A stretch of DNA of 10,907 nt from Candidatus Helarchaeota archaeon (GTDB lineage Archaea; Asgardarchaeota; Lokiarchaeia; Helarchaeales; RDOG01). This document shows, piece after piece, positions 6,959 through 10,907 of the stretch. The position numbers and the translations under genes were made by a program. Below the pieces are notes generated by a model that saw only the letters and a program-made list of their open reading frames with translations, was not told the DNA's origin and searched no databases. The stretch lies in contig JALGVI010000107.1 in assembly GCA_029838215.1 (NCBI GenBank), forward strand, positions 1 through 10,907. Direction: 5' to 3'. Positions within the stretch are counted from its first letter, which is position 1, and every line of letters starts with the position of its first letter.

Positions 6959-8110
6959 AAATCGCTCGAGTTTGATCTGTAAAATTTGAGACTCATTTCC
7001 TAAACTTGATAAATATGTGGATGCAATTTTTGATTTGTATCGGAATCAAATTTTTTTAAGAAACCAATTTAGCTATTTTATTACGTTAGTGAGTTCACGT
7101 GGGAACAAAAATGGTAAAAATTATCATAATTGGAAGTGGGATTGGTGGCAGCGGAATCGGAGCACTAATTGCCAAGGAAACTTCGCATGAAATCACGCTT
7201 TTCGAACAAAACGAGCTTTTAGGGGGTCGATGCGCCTCCTATAAGAAAAAGGATGACCAGGGACGTACTTGGATTTTTGATATCGGTTGCCATATTTTCT
7301 CCACTTGTGATAAAGGTCCATTAGGAAACATACTCGATCGTGTTGGAAAATCTCTTCAGTGGAGCTACACGCAGAACCCCGGTCCAAGAGTCGTCGTGAT
7401 GGGAATGGATCTTTCCCGCACGACAAGGTCGAAAAAACGACGAAAAAGGGTAGAACAGAAAAGTGCAAAACCGAATTTCAACGAAATGATGAAAAATATG
7501 ACACTGGAAGATACAAAAAAGATAGATAATATTTCATTAACCGATTTTTTAGATGAGTTCTTTGGGAAAGGAAAAGCAGCAGTTAAGAAAATGATGTACG
7601 GAATGCAAGCGGGAGTGATGTTCGGAGTTGCCCCGCATGCTTGCTCAGCAGGAGAATTCGTGCGATGTTTTGGCGATAACGCAAAGCAAATGTCGATGGG
7701 CTATCCTCATGGTGGGACGGGTGCCATCCCTGAGGCATATTGTCAAGTAATTGAGGAAAATCAAGGCAAGATCATTAAGGGTCAGGAAGGGAGAGTGGAA
7801 AAAATTATTGTCGAAAATGGTGCCGTCAAAGGCGTGATAACTGGTCCTAATAAGACCTTTCATGAGGCTGATATTGTTATTGCAAACTCTGACATCAAAA
7901 CCACGGTATTAAGGTTAGTAGGTGAGTCGAACTTCAGTTCCGAGTACGTGAAGTACGTGAAAGACTTGCAATGGGGAGGACAGGTTTGCTCTCTTAAAGT
8001 TGGCGTTGATAAAGTAATTACTGATCAAAAAATGTTGACTTACGTGCCTACTTTCAGTGACGATGATATGAAAAAGCGATTTACGAGTCTGGTGGATGAA
8101 GGTTTTGAAG

Positions 8111-8202
8111 TGGATTCTGAAAACATGACAGTTCCTGAAAAAACGGTTTTGCTCGTTGGATTCTGAAAACATGACAGTTCCTGAAAAAACGGTTTTGCTC
8201 GT
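8111..8202 (+). repeat. Exact 46-bp tandem duplication
   Basis: TGGATTCTGAAAACATGACAGTTCCTGAAAAAACGGTTTTGCTCGT at 8111-8156 and 8157-8202. It shifts the frame and creates the TGA at 8164-8166. Confidence 0.97.
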
Positions 8203-8620
8203 CGTCCCTATTAGCAATCATGATCCAAATTTGGCACCTCCCGGTTGTCAAAACATACATGTTGTCAGTCCAACGGCATTTGGTTCACTCGTTCATTGGA
8301 GTCCCGAAGATGAAAAAAAATGGGAGCAAACATGCTTGAATACCATGCTCGAGTTATGGCCCGATTTGGAAGATCACATCGTGATCAAGGATTTCGTATC
8401 AAATGGATTTCTCCGGGCGCGATTTGGCAAAGAAGGTGCTGGCACGGGCATTGCACAATCAATGGATCAGGTGCAGGACAAGCGTCCGTCGGCGATATCG
8501 CCTATTAAGGGATTATACTTTAGTTCAGCCGATGCAGGAAGAAAATCTTGGGGAATCGGAACAGAACTTCCGGCTCGGGCGGCTCTCGATCTGTTTGACG
8601 TGCTTCAAAAATATGATTTT

Positions 8621-8673
8621 GATAACGATAAAATCTTCGGAACTCAGATAACGATAAAATCTTCGGAACTCAG
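8621..8673 (+). repeat. Exact 26-bp tandem duplication
   Basis: GATAACGATAAAATCTTCGGAACTCA at 8621-8646 and 8647-8672, plus one further matching G. It replaces the likely native C-terminus. Confidence 0.97.
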
Positions 8674-8773
8674 GAAGTATAAAATCATGCATTCTTTTTT
8701 TTAAGCTGAAGAAGTAGAGAAAAAGAAAAAACAAATAAATGAAAAAAAAAATGTGGAAATCAAAAAAAATCTT

Positions 8774-9089
8774 TTATTTTATTTCAACGGTCGTTTTCGG
8801 TTCTTCTTTCGGTTCCATTTTTGGGATGTTCACGGTGAGCACTCCATTTTCGACCTTTGCTTCCACTTTTTTCGTGTCCACCTTCGTGGGTAATCTAAAG
8901 CTTCGATAGAAAGACCTGTGACTTCGTTCTCTTCGGAGATAATTTCCGTCTTCGTCTTTTTCTTCAACTTCTTCCTTGCGCTCGCCCCGAATCTCGAAGT
9001 TCCTGTCATTCGTGATTTCTATCTTGATGTCTTCTTTTTTAACTATCGAGAATATTGGAGAACGGACGATATTTTATCATCGAGGTCAT
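8774..9089 (-). pseudogene. hsp20: Small heat-shock protein (Hsp20/alpha-crystallin) with apparent internal deletion and frameshift; absent from the ORF track
   Basis: The minus strand 9043->8774 reads VKKEDIKIEITNDRNFEIRGERKEEVEEKDEDGNYLRRERSHRSFYRSFRLPTKVDTKKVEAKVENGVLTVNIPKMEPKEEPKTTVEIK-stop, with no in-frame start. SD-like GGAGATGAT (9103-9095) and ATG 9089 give MTSMIKYRPFSNILDS-stop in another frame. Confidence 0.88.
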
Positions 9090-9150
9090 TTTTTATCATC
9101 TCCTTCCAATTTTTGAACGTTTCATTTTTTTTACTTGAATCACATTTTTT

Positions 9151-9169
9151 AAATCACAAGATGTGATTT
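9151..9169. promoter_or_regulatory. Palindromic operator candidate in the hsp20 5' region
   Basis: AAATCACA-AGA-TGTGATTT is a perfect 8-bp inverted repeat. A further AATCACA half-site lies at 9138-9144. Confidence 0.55.
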
Positions 9170-9197
9170 TTTACCAAGAAAAAAAATGCAATAAAAA

Positions 9198-9212
9198 TTT
9201 ATAAATGTTTCT
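9198..9212 (-). promoter_or_regulatory. Candidate BRE + TATA for hsp20
   Basis: The minus strand reads AGAAACA-TTTATAAA, implying a start near 9175. Confidence 0.55.
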
Positions 9213-9369
9213 AACAAGATGTGAGTAATTGGTCTGTAACTTGGTACCTTAATTCTCGGTGCATGATCTCGAATTTGAGCACTAAAAACACGCGTTCCAG
9301 AAGATATTGTATGACTATACAAGAAAATGTGGGGACTTTTTTGAAATATTTACTCATATTTTCCGAGTT

Positions 9370-9383
9370 AAAAACTTTATATA
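9370..9383 (+). promoter_or_regulatory. Candidate BRE + TATA for the zinc-finger gene
   Basis: AAAAAC-TTTATATA, implying a roughly 110-nt leader before ATG 9517. SD-like AGGTGA lies at 9502-9507. Confidence 0.45.
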
Positions 9384-9516
9384 CTTTCGTTAGAATTTAA
9401 ATTTGTGTTATCCCCTTTTTGTAATGAATGAAAGGGATGAAGGCAGAAATCAAAATTGCATGTAATTAATTAAAAAAATGCATTCTAATTAATGAGATAC
9501 TAGGTGAGTGATAAAT

Positions 9517-10587
9517 ATGAGTGTTAAAACTCCGAATACAGATGATGTATTTCAGCGTTTTGTTGATAAGACGCCTGCCAAGAAACTTGAGAAAAAATTT
9601 GGAAAAAAGAACGTGAAATTCGAAAAAGGTCTCATATCAGCAGCGGAATCTGTTCAAAATGTTGATAAAAGTGCTTGCTTTTTCTTCAGGAGCAAGGTCG
9701 TGCAATTCTCTGACACACCAACAAAATATAAAGAATCCAAGTTGATACAAAGTAAGAAATTACAAAAGGTCAAGTTCTATGATTTTCATGGTAAAAAGGT
9801 TGATCCGGAAAAATGGAAAGGTGATGACGAAGTTCCCATGTTTCAGAGCATAGAAGCTGTAAAGTGCACTGGAAAAGGTTGCACGCAAGGAAAGATCTTG
9901 TGCAGTAATTGTAAGGGGTCAGGGCAGGTAACGTGTGGTAAGTGTAAGGGAACCGGTAGTTATCAATGCAAGGCGTGTGCAGGCAAGGGAACCATTGGTC
10001 TAAAAGTTGATGTGGTTAATGAAAAAGGAGAAAAAACCAAAAAGACGGTAACCGTGCGTTGCAAAAACTGTTTCGGAGAAGGCAAGATTTTTTGCGTTGA
10101 TTGCGTGGGGACTGGGAGGGTCACCTGTAAAAAATGCAAGGGCGAAAAACATACCTTCTGTAAAACATGCATGGGTGAGGGATCTCTTTATAAATATCGC
10201 ATCGAACCCGTGCCATTTGCGGCATATTCCGGAGGACGCGATTACGAACCGCATACTTTTTTCAGGAAAGAGCTTGAGAAAAAAATGGGCGAAGAATTAG
10301 ATAAAGTCATCACGAAAGTGGATGGGATTTACATCCGAACCATCAAGGACATGAATGAAAAATCCCTTACAGCTCAGTTAGGATTTTGGAATTCAGATAT
10401 AAATAACAGAATGAAAGACTGCACGAAAGAATTTAAGAATCTTGAAAAATCACGTGCGCATAAACCAGAATACCCCATTTACATGTTTCCAATATTAAAG
10501 CTCGACATACAAGGTCCTTCTGGAAAGGCATTTCGAGTATTTAGTGTCGGTACCGAACGTGGATACATGGTCATTTCCGACCTGTAA
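9517..10587 (+). CDS. Protein with eight DnaJ-type CxxCxGxG zinc-finger motifs and no J-domain (SSUH2-like layout)
   Basis: CTGKGCTQG (variant), CSNCKGSG, CGKCKGTG, CKACAGKG, CKNCFGEG, CVDCVGTG, CKKCKGEK and CKTCMGEG lie between N- and C-terminal domains. There is no HPD motif. ATG 9517 fits the SD spacing better than GTG 9508. Confidence 0.85.
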   Translation: MSVKTPNTDDVFQRFVDKTPAKKLEKKFGKKNVKFEKGLISAAESVQNVDKSACFFFRSKVVQFSDTPTKYKESKLIQSKKLQKVKFYDFHGKKVDPEKWKGDDEVPMFQSIEAVKCTGKGCTQGKILCSNCKGSGQVTCGKCKGTGSYQCKACAGKGTIGLKVDVVNEKGEKTKKTVTVRCKNCFGEGKIFCVDCVGTGRVTCKKCKGEKHTFCKTCMGEGSLYKYRIEPVPFAAYSGGRDYEPHTFFRKELEKKMGEELDKVITKVDGIYIRTIKDMNEKSLTAQLGFWNSDINNRMKDCTKEFKNLEKSRAHKPEYPIYMFPILKLDIQGPSGKAFRVFSVGTERGYMVISDL

Positions 10588-10730
10588 TTCTTTTTTTATT
10601 CAATTTAGCCTTTTTCTTCAATTTTTCAAATCCTTTATTTTTATTTTAATTGATGAAAACTGAAGTTCTAAAAGAGATAGAAAAAAACTCAACAAGGAAT
10701 AAAGAAAAAGAGATGATTTGGTGCTTTCCC

Positions 10731-10907
10731 TTAGTGCTGACAAGAACCACCCACGTGAGAATGCCCACAAGAGGATTGTCCCAATGGCATTAGCATTCCG
10801 CATAAGAAGTCGCGCAATGCTTCTCGAACAGTACCAAGCCCACCTGAATATAATTCGATTCCTTGACTTCTAAGCATGTTGAATGCGCCGCCTCCAATTC
10901 CACTGAC
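10731..10907 (-). CDS. C-terminal part of a NifX/NifB-type FeMo-cofactor-binding family protein (COG1433-like), truncated by the window edge; absent from the ORF track
   Basis: The minus strand reads VSGIGGGAFNMLRSQGIELYSGGLGTVREALRDFLCGMLMPLGQSSCGHSHVGGSCQH-stop. This matches the family pattern G-I-G-x-G-A...L...GI...G-TV-x-EA...F..G-x-L with a Cys/His tail. Confidence 0.8.
   Translation of the reverse strand, partial: VSGIGGGAFNMLRSQGIELYSGGLGTVREALRDFLCGMLMPLGQSSCGHSHVGGSCQH

Larger units (their letters stand above)
7111..8704 (+). pseudogene. Phytoene desaturase-related (COG1233/CrtI-like) FAD oxidoreductase, frameshifted by two tandem duplications
   Basis: IIIIGSGIGG...FEQNELLGGRC, FDIGCHIF, YPHGGTGAIP, ADIVIAN and a C-terminal SPIKGLYFS. 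It is split into ORFs 7099..8166 and 8156..8704. Removing one copy of each duplication gives one 499-aa ORF from ATG 7111 ending DNDKIFGTQEV-stop (TAA 8680-8682). Confidence 0.85.

Noticed and set aside
7029-7050. Inverted repeat TTTGATT-N8-AATCAAA upstream of the oxidoreductase
   Set aside because: Short, AT-rich and single, with no second copy or nearby regulator to support it.
8164-8166. Selenocysteine or read-through at the TGA ending ORF 7099..8166
   Set aside because: The TGA is created by the duplication, and another in-frame TGA follows six codons later.
8111-8673. CRISPR array or target-site duplications
   Set aside because: The copies are directly adjacent with no spacer or inserted element, the two units are unrelated, and both lie in coding sequence.
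8918-9166. Plus-strand 82-aa ORF
   Set aside because: It is the Phe-rich antisense shadow of the Lys/Glu-rich hsp20 frame.
9307-9322. Inverted repeat TTGTAT-N4-ATACAA
   Set aside because: Only 6 bp per arm, one copy, and far from both predicted TATA boxes.
9517-10587. Calling this gene dnaJ
   Set aside because: It lacks the J-domain, HPD motif and G/F region.
10618-10803. Minus-strand 61-aa ORF from the track
   Set aside because: It is the wrong frame. The NifX-like reading ending at 10731 explains the region.

Overview
Archaeal chromosomal window, most likely Asgard (Loki/Promethearchaeota-like). The assignment is inferred from a Rag-type GTPase beside a longin-like gene, an archaeal-type IleRS, BHB-type tRNA introns and BRE/TATA promoters. 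Gene order: 5'-truncated Rag/Gtr-like GTPase, longin-like protein, sulfite-oxidase-like Mo enzyme (-), short FAD-oxidoreductase remnant, ileS, a tRNA gene, HEAT-repeat protein (-), 7-TM membrane protein, CrtI/COG1233-like oxidoreductase broken by two exact tandem duplications, hsp20 with an apparent internal deletion (-), J-domain-less protein with eight DnaJ-type zinc-finger motifs, and the 3' end of a NifX/COG1433-like gene (-). The main discovery is hidden under spurious ORFs right after ileS. It is a 186-nt tRNA gene with three introns (D-loop, 37/38, T-loop) that splices to a 74-nt tRNA with anticodon UAU (Ile, AUA-decoding). That anticodon is rare in archaea and standard in eukaryotes. 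All calls are by eye, with no database searches.
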